64,000 nucleotides of DNA from Oopsacas minuta (GCA_024704765.1 JAKMXF010000312.1:260208-324207), one strand, 5' to 3'; numbered from the stretch's first letter, positions 23,260 to 36,394 are shown. Numbers and translations: made by a program. Notes: generated from the sequence alone by a model not told the origin.

Positions 23260-24295
23260 ACAAGTCCATAAGGTACTGTCCGTGTCGGTTAAAAAACTAG
23301 CCGTTTTAAAATCTATAGAATATTTTCTGGGTGAAAATCTGAATAATTAGTCGCAGGGCTCAGCAGAGCCGACAGATCAAGGGCGATGGACCTGATTAGT
23401 TTAATTTAGACTTGACTACGGTCTGCTTTCAGGGCCAGTACGATCCTTGATTCTGTCTCCGGCAGTTATTGAGGAATAACAGATAATTCGGCTTATTATT
23501 ATATTAAATTCGATCAGATGTATACACATCAATTGTGACCTTGAAGCAGATTCAAAGTCCACCCAATTTTCAGTATTCAAAGAGTAAGCACCGCATACGC
23601 CTGGATTATACCCTATCGCTATGAATTTGCTAACTAACAATAAGAAATCAAATCATCCCTAAATATGAATGTATCATCATTCTTAAACTTCTAAACTTTA
23701 ACACTATTAAATGGACAGGAAGCTGTTATCATTTGAGGATTACTCAAAAGAGTATATTACAAAGTGAAGATTGGTTTAGCACCATAACACCTCAAGTGTA
23801 ATTCTAAATTATTAGTATTTGAAATAGCGCAGTCAACTCCTGTTATATCAAAGACGGATATATCGAAGTGTGAAATTGTACAAACATGGTCTTAAACCGT
23901 CAAAATAACATATATTCCATCTGTCATATCGAAAGTAATTATCACGGTCTCTTGAGCTTCAATGTAACAGGTGTTTACTGATTACCCAGCTCGCCCAAGA
24001 CATAACTAAGCTCTACTGGATCCTACCCATAGCTACACGGGAGTTACTGTTATACTATTTGTAGATTCAAGGTTAACTCGATTAAGAAACATATCTTATA
24101 AGTAATGAATAAATATAATTGTCATCAAATGTAAATGAAGACAACAACAACAAATATTGATACCATTAAACACCATATCGTAATCTCTAATTATCTTAAA
24201 AATACACAAATAAATCAAGTAATGTAAAAAACTAATCAGGACATAGGACAGGCAAAATCTCAAATTCTGCGCTAATTTTCTAAGAAGAGAGTCAG

Positions 24296-26347
24296 CTAGA
24301 AAAACACATAGTTATCAGAGCGAAGTTTGTTCAAAACGTAGCGGAATTTGTCAGAATAGTTTCCAGAGCCTTCACCAGAAATCCATCTGAACTCAAGGGT
24401 AGGCTGAGTAGCATTATAAGCGAACTGAATAGAGAAATTAACATTAGCCCATTTGCATTTGAGATGAAAGGGAGTAACCGATTCAACAAATTGGGTATCT
24501 GTCCTCTCCAATATTCTCTTCACTTCTCTGATTATTTCAGTGCTGTCACTATCCGCCAAAACTTCAACTTGGAAAACAGGCGGCAGTAATTCTTCTGAAC
24601 TGTTTGAGGAACTTGAGCTCGAACCAGGATCACCGCGACCGGAAGTACTTCTCGCGGAACGCTGCGATGTCCGAATTATCGGTAAAACGTTCGGTTCACA
24701 GCCTGGAGTATCGATCCCATTAGTATAAATATCCTCAATGACTACAGGAGAGCTGTCCTTAGGAATTTGATAAGTGAGATTATTAACGTAATACTCTTCT
24801 ATGTCATCACCCTCACTGGAGTTATGGGAACCAGGTGCGCGCATTCCTGACCTAACCCGGGAAGTTTTGTAAGAAGAGGCTTTTGTGTACCCCTCTGATG
24901 TAGTCGTGCGATTAATAGGCGGGAAGACATTTGTGTCTCTGCGGTCTCTGTGATTATCAGTCCGCCGTCCTGGGGATGAAGGCGGCCCTTTGTGTGGTTC
25001 CGAATGAGAGTCAGCCTCAATGACAGATCGGCTCCTGCGATGAGAAGATGCGGGCAAGGACCGAGCCCTGTGCAGTTCAGACCCCTGGGTAGAGGGACGA
25101 GACTCTAACACAGGTTTTGTAGGGACATGATGAAGCGCTGGTTTAGATTTCAGATATCTCTGTAGTCTCAGATTTACAAGATGATACATACAAGAAGTAT
25201 TACAAGCTTTGTTCTCTGTCAATGCGGATATTAGCTCGTTTTCATCAAGCATAAATCTCTCAGTTATATGAACAACAACAGAACGTTCGATATCTTCATA
25301 CTGCGGAAAACTAGGATAGGGGACTAGTGAGATATTCATGCCCAGATCTTTAAACCAATGATGTTCTATCGCCTCGGGGAGCGTGATACGCTTGGCAGGG
25401 TCTGGTGTAAGGAACCGCATGAGTAGGTCTTTACAAGAACTTGTAATATTGTCAGGAATGTGATTAATCCGTCCGTCAAGGATTTTAGCATGCAGTGCAG
25501 TTATATCATAAGGTTCTACTACGTACGGCAGAGATCCAGCTAGCATAGCGAACATATTGACACCAATACTCCACACATCAACTTCTTTACCATAGTTCTT
25601 ATGTCCTAACAGTTCCGGGGCTGCGTATGCTGGAGAGCCACATTGTGTCTGAACCATATTGACGGTCATGTTGTCTGGATTGTGTATGAAGTTGCTAAGC
25701 CCGAAGTCAATAATTTTGATATTATTCGATTCATCTAGTAGCAAGTTCTCTACTTTCAAGTCTCTATGTATGATACCAGCTTCATGCATATAGTGTATTG
25801 CAGTTATTATTTGTTTGATGTACTTCTTTACAATGTGTTCATCTAAGCAGGAATGTTTGCTACTCATTATATGATGCATTACGTCACCACCACTGACAAG
25901 CTCCATTACCATATAATAAGAGTTCTCCGTCTCAACAACTTCTAAGAGACGGATGATATTCGGATGAGACAGGAGTTGCATTATCCGGGCCTCGCGACGG
26001 AGGTTTTTAAATACGTAGGAATCGTCTTTTGCTTTATTCTTGTCGACAGCCTTTATTGCGATTCTCTCACTTGTATGTATATGCATGCCTTCCCTAACCT
26101 TAGCGAATGAACCAGTTCCCAAGAGCTTGCCTATTAGGAAAGAACCGACACGTTTCGTGTGTTTATACCGGATTATGTCTGTCGAATTTTGCTTCGTTAC
26201 AGCAGCTGGAAGTTGGAAGTATTGTGTGATCTCTTGGGGGGTAACTGCTACTGACATGTGTTTGTTTCGAGGTGAAGATTTCTTACGAAGGGCGACAGAA
26301 TTTGTTGAAATGTTCGGATTTGTATTTTCATGCGAAGTTCGATCCAT
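24296..26347 (-). CDS. HUNK: HUNK-like Ser/Thr kinase (AMPK-related), intronless
   Basis: LGTGSFAKVREGMH, AIKAVDK..AK.DSYV.KNLRREARIMQLLSHPNI, HRDLKVENLLLD, DFG, TQCGSPAYAAPE; UBA-like segment and KA1-like C-terminus. Confidence 0.85.
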   Translation of the reverse strand: MDRTSHENTNPNISTNSVALRKKSSPRNKHMSVAVTPQEITQYFQLPAAVTKQNSTDIIRYKHTKRVGSFLIGKLLGTGSFAKVREGMHIHTSERIAIKAVDKNKAKDDSYVFKNLRREARIMQLLSHPNIIRLLEVVETENSYYMVMELVSGGDVMHHIMSSKHSCLDEHIVKKYIKQIITAIHYMHEAGIIHRDLKVENLLLDESNNIKIIDFGLSNFIHNPDNMTVNMVQTQCGSPAYAAPELLGHKNYGKEVDVWSIGVNMFAMLAGSLPYVVEPYDITALHAKILDGRINHIPDNITSSCKDLLMRFLTPDPAKRITLPEAIEHHWFKDLGMNISLVPYPSFPQYEDIERSVVVHITERFMLDENELISALTENKACNTSCMYHLVNLRLQRYLKSKPALHHVPTKPVLESRPSTQGSELHRARSLPASSHRRSRSVIEADSHSEPHKGPPSSPGRRTDNHRDRRDTNVFPPINRTTTSEGYTKASSYKTSRVRSGMRAPGSHNSSEGDDIEEYYVNNLTYQIPKDSSPVVIEDIYTNGIDTPGCEPNVLPIIRTSQRSARSTSGRGDPGSSSSSSNSSEELLPPVFQVEVLADSDSTEIIREVKRILERTDTQFVESVTPFHLKCKWANVNFSIQFAYNATQPTLEFRWISGEGSGNYSDKFRYVLNKLRSDNYVFF

Positions 26348-28370
26348 ATCTGATAGAAGAATATTCGTGAGTAATTATTGAATGGATATCAATCATTTTA
26401 GAATTTATAGTCGGGAAATATTGGAAAAGTTGTGAATTCGAAAACTTTTGGTTAAAAATAGTATTGTTTGAAAGTGTCTAGCCGTGACTAGTTACCATCA
26501 GGGTACAACTATAGAAACCGACACCCCCCAACTTTTTTAATGTGGTCAAATATCCCTATATGCACCGTTGAAGAACTCGTTGAGAGAAGCTGATAGAGCT
26601 TTCGAACTCAAAAATCGGATGAGAACTGACGAAGTTATGAAAAATCTCCTAAATAAGTCAAATTCTATGGAGAAATTGTATTAGCCACTTTACTGAAATA
26701 ATGCTGATGAATTCTATACAAGCTACCATACAACCAATCTTACGGTTATATCAACGCTCGCGTCAGTTGATTGATTCTTTCTGAATTTATTAGCTAGCGT
26801 GATTTGTAGTTATTACTATTAAGACCAGTAAATTTAAACTTGGTGTGGCCTGGTTCCCAAAGGGGCGAAAACCGGGTCACACAGTATATCTCGAAAACTA
26901 TAATTCGCATCGCTTAGCTTTAAAAAGGAAAACGGTAGGTCTTGGCGTCATCTAGCCAAAAAATACCACTTGGACCACATCCAGCTATCCTAACAATAGG
27001 TGTTATGCACCATTAATGTTGCTAAATAATCATCAAGTACAATTCAAAGATATCTTAACTAGGATTCATTTGCTAAAACTCACCGAAATCTGAAGTAATT
27101 CAAAGAATGTATAACAATAAAAAGAAGTAATAGAAAATTAGCCTAGCCGAATCCTGACTAGAATCGAACACTGCTTTTATATGTAATCATAAACTGATCC
27201 CGAAATCATTAAATCATTCCACCAGACTGTATAAGCACTGTTTACATGCAAACATCGAAAACTGAAACTCTGAATAAACAAAATAAGGAGCTCGTGACCG
27301 AAGTTATGTAATGTTTCACCACATAAAGTTGAGATTCATACTGCCAGAAGAAGTATTTCATATAGTGTTTGTCTAGCAAGCATATTTGAACAATTGAGAG
27401 TGAAGTAAACAAAATTGGGAGTTTGAGTTAACCATTTCTTCATTGATTTGTGACAAACCAGATTCGCACCAATCTTTAGAATATTATTAGAACATTTCAA
27501 TAGGGTATAGAATGACGTCAAAAATAATATAAAAAGAGATATTTCTTACAAACAAAGAAATACACAATTCTATTAATTATCGCTGTCATTATGATTACTG
27601 AAATAATTTTCCAAGATATCAAAATATAGTTGACTCTGCTTATTAGGGACACTTTTGATACAAGCAAATGACGCGGTTTTCCTGATTAACTGGTGTCCCG
27701 ATTGAGAAGAGTCCTGTGATATTAAAGAATCTAAAATTTTCATATGCTTATGCTTCCCTCTCAGTGCAAAAAGAGGTTTCCTCGGAGCTAGTTAATATTC
27801 ATACCAAAATACCAAAATACCAAAATATGTAAGTGCTGGAACCATTATTCGTACATTCTTTACCTAAAACGTAAACTGAAAAGTAACGCATCCACGAATA
27901 AGTCCAATTATTCGCCCAATTATGGTATCAAATACAGAATTAGTTGATATTACAAGCGTTGTATAACTTCAAAAGATTATTCGAGGTATAATCCTATCAT
28001 GGGTAATGATGATATCAAGAAGCCATCAGTCAGTCAATACATAAACAATAATGACCTGACAAATATGGCGAATAATGCTAAGATATTACAATAAACTATT
28101 TTGCAGTGATAACTACGGTACAGTGTGACTCCCACAAAGAGAGGCCGAAAAGGCCGAAGTGCTACCCTGTTTCTGTCAAATGCCTCATTAATGGAGGTTC
28201 ATCTATATGGGACTAGGAATTCGCTCTATTTATTTTCACTCCTTTCCAGAAGTTTCTCCGTTTTGTGGAAGTTACACTTTACGTAATTAACCTTATTCCG
28301 AATTCTACATTAATACTCATTGAATAACGAAGATTACAACACAAAATGGAATATTATTATCTAATAAACT

Positions 28371-31300
28371 CTATTTTCCAAATATATTTTGGAACGATTC
28401 TTTTATCAAACGTGAGAACCTAGACACTACGAATATGAAAATTAGTGCAGCGGACAGTTGGAAGAAGGACCCTCCATGTTTGTCCAACTCGACAACTTTA
28501 TCGACACGAAATGTCACACTCGTGTGCCTACTCCCCTCTAGAAAGCTAACTACTGATTGGTCAGAAGATACAGTATAGCCTTGTATCCGGGTCTTGGAGT
28601 CAACCATGAGAATAAACTCTTTATCTTCTGATCCTCTGGACAGAGAGTACTTGAAGAAGCCCCCTGTCCCTACCTGCACGCTACTCGCATGCACGAGTCC
28701 TCGTGTTGTTTCCTGATAGAGCTTAACCTGCATACGGTCCATAAATTCATCTGGTCCTTCAATATTTCCAGTCATTTCATGTTTTTCTGTCCTGTTGTAA
28801 ATACAGAAATGAATATCCTTCAAATCCTCACTGCCGACTAATAACATAAATGAACCAGGGATAATATTCTCAATGTGAGGCGAGCGACTATTCTCTATAG
28901 AAATATGATATTGGCAGTTAGATTTTAGTCCTTGAATCCTGAAGTTACCCTTCTGGTCGGTTGTCCCTTTCTCTACTATATCAGTGCACCCCTCTGTCAA
29001 CCCCCTCGCTAACACCTCTATGTCCCCCTGCGGGTGATCATTCAATGATGTCACAAACCCATAAGCACTGTAGTGAATCTTATGACCTACAAACCTGATC
29101 TCTAACTCACTATCCAACTCCACCAAGATCATTTCCCCCGTGGGAGTGAACGAATATTCCTTAAGAGACGGTTTCACATAATACTCACAGATTTGAAGTT
29201 TGCTATACAATAAGCTACCTGCATCACTAGTGAGATTATTCATGCGTATCCTACCGCAATGCATTGATACTAGAACAGAGGATAATGGTCTATTTAACTC
29301 ATCTACTACTGATACAGCTACACTACCTAATCTACGAACTAAAAACAGATTACCTTCTCTCTTCTCAAACAACAGACCGGGACTAGAAGGGACTATCTCG
29401 TAATTGTCCAACTTTGGAAGCGGTCCAAAGGAGAACTCCCCTTCTGCATTTGTGTGTGTCCTCAATACCTCCTCGTTTGGAGAATCTATCCTCAACTCAA
29501 GCATGACCAACTCGATTGGAGGCTGTACTCTACCCTTTATAACACTCCCTCTGTTAGCTAGGAATGTGGTTATGAAAGTGGGACACATACCTGTTATTTC
29601 CACAGAATAGGCGCTAGGGAGGAACAACAGCTGATCTGCTTGCGGTTCTATGATTAGATTCTCACCTGTCTCAGCGAAAATAACAAATTCTAAAATGGAA
29701 ATATTCGTGTCTTCACTAGTTATAGAATCAGGAGTAACTGTCTTAACATTTCCACTGTCTCTACTCGTTACTCTCAACAGAATATTCTCGTTAGAAATCT
29801 CATTTGTATCTGCTTTTATGTGAGTAATAGTTTCATGTCTAACAGCTGTTAATTTTATCATATGACCGGATACTGAGGTGTCAAAAGTGGTTTCTTTTGG
29901 TTCAAACTGGTGGCAGGAGATAGGTGTTATGTGATATACCCCATGAAGTGGTAAACAGAAGCTGTTGTCACCTAAAATAAACATTTGATTAGTAAATAAG
30001 AGTATTTTTAGTTGAAGAAATTTATGGATAGATTTGCCAAGAGGCCTCCCAGGTAGTAAACTGCTTGTCTCCTATAACATTACTCACCCGCTTGCACAGA
30101 TATCTTGTCTTCATAATCTCCTAATGATCTCACTATATCAACACTAGCATTATGAGAAGATGAAATTCTTAAAATATAACCATTCTGATAGAATTCTATT
30201 TCTCTAATATCTTTCCCAATTGAAACTGTTTTGAAATTATATTTCCAACACCTTTCACTTAGTTCTAGTTCCACTTTATAATCTCCTGGCAATAAATCTT
30301 CATAAGTAATTAATCCTGTGACCTCATTTGTGGAAATAGTCTGTGGTATTTTGAGATTTGTAGAGGTTAGAATTGTATTGAGAACACCACAAGGTGACAA
30401 ACAATAAGTTCGTATTTTAATTGAAGAAAGAATCTGAGAAAATATTATATCTGAAACTGGAATTTTTGTGACAGTTATTTGGATAGATTCAGGTGAGAAT
30501 ATCACACCTTTTTCTAGTAATTCATTTGATAAATTCGGAGTACACTCGTATATTCCTTTTGGTAAGAATATCTTGAAACTCAAATCATTCGCCAGTTCAG
30601 TTTGAAAAAGAGATTCTTTCAAGAAATCTATTTTCACACCTTGGATAATTGCACTCTTCAAACTTTGTTTTGCGAGTCTAAATTCGCCAGAAACTTCAAA
30701 TTTTGAAGGGAATAAAGTTGTAATCTCAGTTTGAAAAGGCGATAAATTAATAACAACATCCTCAAACTCATATCCTTGTAGTTTAGCCTCAACTTTATAA
30801 GAATCAGAAATTATCTCGTCGAAGCGGTAAGACCCGAATTTATCAGAGGTTGTTTTAAGAGTTCTGTGTTGTCCAATAAGTTCTATTTCGGCATTTTCTA
30901 TCCCCAAAAGTTCTCCATTAATTCCGAGATGAATAACACTCCCGTAAACCTCAAATCCAGTGACTTCGAATTTATCTTTTAAGTTTAGTGAGGAATGTGA
31001 GACAGCTATTTTCAGCTGATTAGGACGAAGCTGGAATTTAGTAATGTCGCTCTTATAAAGTGGTTTAATTGTGTATTCCCCTGGGGATATAGACTTCAAT
31101 GTAAACATTCCATCTGCTCCTGACATAGCAACGCACGTTAAATATGGAATTTGCTTAAACTCATTCTCCAAATTTTGCATACTTTCCACACACATTTCCG
31201 ATTGTAATGCATTTGTATTACCATTTGATAGCAATAGGATCTGTACACCAGAAATGCCTTGCTTTTCATGAAACACAAAACCAGTGACGTCATATCCATA

Positions 31301-31906
31301 CACCTGAATAGGTGATCCCACATTAACTGAATCTTTGGATACTTCAAAATCAAATTCCAATTGGCTAACATTGAATTCTTCATGACTACCACGTAACCTG
31401 TATTTCCCTGGTGCTACATTTTCAAATCGGAAGAGACCGTCTGAAGTAGATTGGGAGGTTAGGATTATCTCCTCTCCCTTGAGGAGGTCGATATGAACAC
31501 CATTCGGTCCTGTCTCCATTGAATAACTTACTACACCCCCCTCGACACTAAACCCGATAAATTCAAACATCAAATCGCCACCAGCAGTACAAATATCATC
31601 TGTATAATTAATATCAATTCTGAAAATATATTCTCTAAAATTCCATCCTCTAGGAGAGACTATTTCCACGAAAATTTGTTGCAATTCTCCTTCTAGTTCT
31701 GTTAGAGGAAGGAAGAAATATCCGTCAACAGGGGCACAATCAGTTGAGTATTTTAATATATGGTCCTGATTGTATAGTTGTATTGTGAGTGCAGAAAATT
31801 GTATCGGATAGTCAGTATGTATTATGCCATTACATCCTATTACTTCTGTTGATATAACATCACTCACAAACAACAACAAAAATATGTAAACAATAATAAA
31901 TAACAT
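28371..31906 (-). CDS. NOMO1: Nodal modulator (NOMO/BOS complex), 2 exons
   Basis: Signal peptide from ATG 31906; TDCAPVDGYFFLP, PRGWNF...C..GGDL.FEFIGFSV, repeated Ig/prealbumin-like folds and a C-terminal TM. One intron (29972-30087) gives a 1139-aa frame. Confidence 0.92.
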
Positions 31907-32318
31907 TCTAATAAGCTGTTGATTACAAAAAAGTAATTTGTATTGTATTGTCACAAATGTTCCTCTGCTTATTAGCTATATTAACCATGGATGCTGGATT
32001 TAATACATTCCATGTTATACACAAATTAGTTCTCCAACAAAGTGGCGGTATACTCAAAATGGACCCAAAACAGCGCTAAATAGCTAATAAGCAAGGGAAC
32101 AGCTCACGTCCAAACAGAGTAGTAACCTAAAAGCATCCTCTCCCTACGCAACCATTTAAGAATTAGTAAAGGGGTAAGTAACGGTAACAACCAAAACTGA
32201 CTCACAAATCAAGTTATTACATCATTTATTACTCACTAGCTAATAATGTATGGACAGATTCTTATGGAAATATACACTATAGTCAGTTCTATTATTAGTA
32301 ACACACAATTTTGAATAT

Positions 32319-34421
32319 TCACCACTCATCATCATCAGTATCAGTGTCTCCTTCGTCTGAACTATCCGAGCAATGGATTATTTTGTTACGGTCGAGCAGA
32401 GCACTGGCTAGAGCCCCTAATATTCCCCTGTCGTCCGATACACTGGCTTGAGGCTTCAGGGATTCTTGCGGGCGAACTAACTTATCCTTATCAAATGCTC
32501 TAAAAATATGAATTAATAAAATTAGAACTAACGTAATCTGATTGGCCTATAATGAAAGGTGCGAAAATATGCACATGTAAAATTTTCAGATATCAGGTAG
32601 AGGTCACTACAAGTATGCATGCCAAATTTGGTGTCTTAAGCTATAAAGGTGTTAACAAGAGAGTGAACACATATATGCATATACGAGTATCTACCGATAT
32701 ACGACAATAGCCACAATTCCATAAATAGTTGTCACAGTAGTAACTAGTTAACTTACTGGATGCTGTCCAGCAGGTTGCCTATAGGTTTGGCATTGGATGG
32801 TGGAGGTGGAGGTGGACCCCCGGTACCGGAGGGAGGTCCAGATCTCTTCGTTTGGCCAGCAGGAGCAGCCTTGGCGCCCTTAGTGTAGCCGATAGGCATA
32901 TCAGGAGGGGGAGCTGGGATCCTAGAGTTGGAAGGGGGAGCCGGTCCTCTGGGGCCCCGTTGGGATGGATGGTTCTCTGGAATTGGAGGGGCATCTACCC
33001 CTCTAGGGGGTGGAGGGGGCATGTTCCCCTTACGACCCCCTAGAGGGGGAGGTGGAGGAGCTTGATCCTTTGCAGATCGCCCTTTTCCGGAAGTAGGCGG
33101 TGGCGGCGGCGGATCAGTTCGTCTCATGGTGTTTCGTCTCTCTACAATGTCCTTGTGAGCTGCTTCTATTCCTCCTTCCCGCTCTACCATATCGTATATC
33201 AACTGTACCTGATCCTTGTCTAGATCACACACCCCAATCTGTCACAATACAAATCATAAATAGACACACATATTTGTTCTAGAATATTCCATAACTACCA
33301 ATCCAGCAACTTCTGTGAATAAATTCTTCCATCTATCGTCTTGGATATTATTCCATTCAAAGCTTCCAGCCTGTGAGTTCCAACCTACATGAGCTAGATG
33401 TTTGAAATTGCTCGGAGCTGAAATATCTTCTTTCGTTAGTCCTTTCCCTTTCTTCTTTTTGTTAGGACGACTGTCAAATGAGCTAACAGCGGAACCGTAG
33501 CTTCCTGCTCCTCTTCCGCCGTTGCTAGGCATCTGAGTGGGGGCGCTAATCCCGGAATCAGGAGCTGGACGCGGAGTTGAGACACCTTAAAGATAAATAG
33601 AGAACAATATAATTCGTGTAAATCCGAATTGTAGAAGTATTCAGAGTTCAGACGAATGTGTTCCTATCCACAAACGGGGTTTGTGGAAACGGGGAACTTC
33701 TGAAACGGAGTAACAAATAAATAGAGCGAATTCCTAATCCCACACAAATGAACCTCCACAAAAGTGCTAGCATCTTTCGGTGTCACTAGCATTCAATTTA
33801 TGGAAGTTGCACACTACAATAGAACTCGAATAATAAGCACTACACAGAAAGGAGTACGTCTTATCTGAGTTACTGTGTGTAATTTATCGAGGGAGTAACC
33901 TGGATTATTCTTAGCAGTTAATTTCTTCTTATACTCCTCGATCTTAACCATAACAGCCTCATAGAATGTATGAGCTTCCTCAGAATCAGCAAAATTGAAT
34001 CCTATCATGTAATCCTGCCCCGCGAATGATTGAAATTGTTTCCTATCCTGCACATAGGATATTTGGTAGTAGAGCTCGTGTTCCCATAAGATAGTACGTC
34101 TATTGATGTCTACCATCCTTAGATAGTAAGACCTCTTCACGTTATCCTGCAAACATTGCATATATGAAGCCCACCATACACGATGAGATGGGGAATTTAC
34201 TGAGATATTAATAATAAACAAACCTTTACGAAACAAAGTATACCAGTGTGTTGCTTAGCCCATTGAGATGGAGATTGATTGGCAAAGTATATCTGGACAA
34301 CAGCTGTAGCCTTAGTTATCCTCCTCTGCCCAAGTATTTCAAACACTGTATTATTCTCTGCTAGTGACAATAGCTTTGAGGATTGATTCGTATCCTTAGG
34401 CTTGTTCCGTTGTTGACTCAT
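32319..34421 (-). CDS. WASL: WASP/N-WASP actin nucleation-promoting factor, 5 exons
   Basis: WH1 (ATAVVQIY...W...GILCFVKDNVKRSYYLR), basic region KKKKGKGLTKEDISAPSNFKHLAHVGW (CRIB), Pro-rich region, WH2 (LLDSIQAFDKDKL), central (ILGALASALLDR) and acidic tail DTDDDEW* at 32319. Confidence 0.94.
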
Positions 34422-35131
34422 TGTAATTGCTATTATAATTTCAACATATACAGTCAACTCCTGTTAGATCGAATTCTTAAATGTACAAATAAGGTCCCAA
34501 ACCGTCAAAGTAACATATATCATTGATTATGTATCGAAAGAATTTTCGTGATCGCTTGAGCTTCTATATAACTGAAGTTTGACTGTACTTATTTCTCATT
34601 ATGACGAAGCTCAAGGGAATAAGCCAATTATAAGAGATACGCGGTGGGTCTGAACTCCTCGGGAAAGTGCACGATGAGGAGAAATTGCTTGTAATATGCG
34701 AGAAAGATATAAATATAAAAGATTAGACGATATTAGAGTAACCGACTTTGATTCCTAAACAAGGCAAACCGTATACGAAGAACTTGTAATTATTCTTAGC
34801 ATATCAAGATATCAGCTATGCAGTTACAAGGACTCTCTATCTCTACATGTAAATGCTTTTGCAAATTCCATAAGGCAAGTGGCGTATCTAGGTTAGCAGG
34901 GAATATTTAGAGAAATATATGTTTTTGAATCTAACAAAGAGTAAATAAATTATTTAAATCTGAGGAGCACAAATAGATGTCACTACGAGTATAAATGCCA
35001 AATTTGGTGTCTTTACCTCTAAAGGTGTGAACAGCAGAGCGAAACGTGTATATATATTCTAAATCAACCAATTAGAACTGAGTCACACTCTCTACGCAAT
35101 AGTATTAGTTGGTACAATAAAAACTGGGTAC

Positions 35132-36394
35132 TCAGAAAGCTAGGAGGTTACATTTCTTGTTCTCTTGAGCTATAATAATTCTATTCTTCTTGTCTATAGC
35201 TACTCCATAGGGATGATAGAACTTCTGATCTCCTGGTAGCATATCACTACTGATAGTGTGTAGGACTTCTCCTTTATTGGAGAATATCTTGATTTGATTT
35301 CCTCTCCAATCCGCTACGATAATATTCCCCAGTTGATCAATTGAGAAGAAATAACTCCAACCAATCTCACTTTTTTCTATCAAACACCTCACTAGCTCTC
35401 CTCCTAGAGAGAATATTTGTAGATGGAAAGGAGGATACATACCAAACATGACATACATGTTATCCTCGTACAGTTTTATGCTTCCTGTTTTTGTATCGGA
35501 TTTAACTTGAGTAGTTTTGAGTTGGATTCTTTTCAGGAATTTGAGATTTTTATCAAACACAATTACTGATTTGTTCATAACCTCACATCCATAAACATTC
35601 ATGTTTCTATCAATATCAATTCCCCAGACTATTCTCTCTGTTTTAACCGATTTGATAGAATCATTGCTTGACTTTTCAATCTTTACTAGCTCGTCTTTAG
35701 TAGATACGAAAATGAACTCATTCATTAGAGCTATTCCAATAGGACATTGAGGTGTTGGTATTTTGTAGAGATGGTTACCTTCATCATTGAATACTTGTAT
35801 TATGTTAGCGATATGATCAGCAACAAATATATTCTGTGTTTTGTTGTCAATTGCTATTTGCATTGGACAAGCAATCTTACCAGAACCTGTTCCTTCTCGG
35901 GACCAGACAGGACACAATTTCACAGAATAATCAACTGGGATTATAGATCTCTCCTTCTCCTTCAGTACCACAACCTCACACACATCAATCACTGATTGTT
36001 CCAGCTGTTCCATCTTCCAGTCCAACTCAACCCACCCCACATTCACACTCCTTGCTACCTCCTCTCTGATCTCATCTTTTATCGTTCGTAGATTCTTCTC
36101 GAGTACTGTCCTCAATTTGTTCCTTGTCAAGTCTCTCTCTAGGTCATCGCTGGCTGTGTACAGTTCCTGGAGGAGCCCTCTCTTCTCATTGAACTCTTGT
36201 CTCGCTCTCATAACAACATCATCCATCTCTTGTAACAGACTGTGCTCCCTCACTACCAACCGACTGTGTAGCTGCTGGAAGTTACTACTCACTTTCTCTT
36301 TCTCTACTTGCACGTGGTTAGTCAGATCTGTTAGATTCCTCTCTAACTCATCCACGCACATCAGTTCTCCTACTGCTGCTACTCGTGTCGCCAT
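35132..36394 (-). CDS. Coiled-coil + NHL-repeat protein, family A copy 3
   Basis: Intact intronless paralog of copies 1 and 2 with a 2-aa insertion (KEKER); ATG at 36394. Confidence 0.88.
   Translation of the reverse strand: MATRVAAVGELMCVDELERNLTDLTNHVQVEKEKVSSNFQQLHSRLVVREHSLLQEMDDVVMRARQEFNEKRGLLQELYTASDDLERDLTRNKLRTVLEKNLRTIKDEIREEVARSVNVGWVELDWKMEQLEQSVIDVCEVVVLKEKERSIIPVDYSVKLCPVWSREGTGSGKIACPMQIAIDNKTQNIFVADHIANIIQVFNDEGNHLYKIPTPQCPIGIALMNEFIFVSTKDELVKIEKSSNDSIKSVKTERIVWGIDIDRNMNVYGCEVMNKSVIVFDKNLKFLKRIQLKTTQVKSDTKTGSIKLYEDNMYVMFGMYPPFHLQIFSLGGELVRCLIEKSEIGWSYFFSIDQLGNIIVADWRGNQIKIFSNKGEVLHTISSDMLPGDQKFYHPYGVAIDKKNRIIIAQENKKCNLLAF

Noticed and set aside
28135-28165. Hammerhead-ribozyme-like ggccgaaaaggccgaa
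   Set aside because: The required CUGANGA core is absent upstream (aaagaga) and no stems I/III are evident.
12146-36394. DGR-like adenine mutagenesis in the NHL-A variable codons (many are NNT: CAT/AAT/TGT, GAT/AGT/GGT, TGT/GAT/TAT)
   Set aside because: No reverse transcriptase or template repeat in the window. Some sites vary at non-A-compatible third positions (TAT/AAT/GGA, TCT/TGG). First- and second-position change is equally expected from positive selection.
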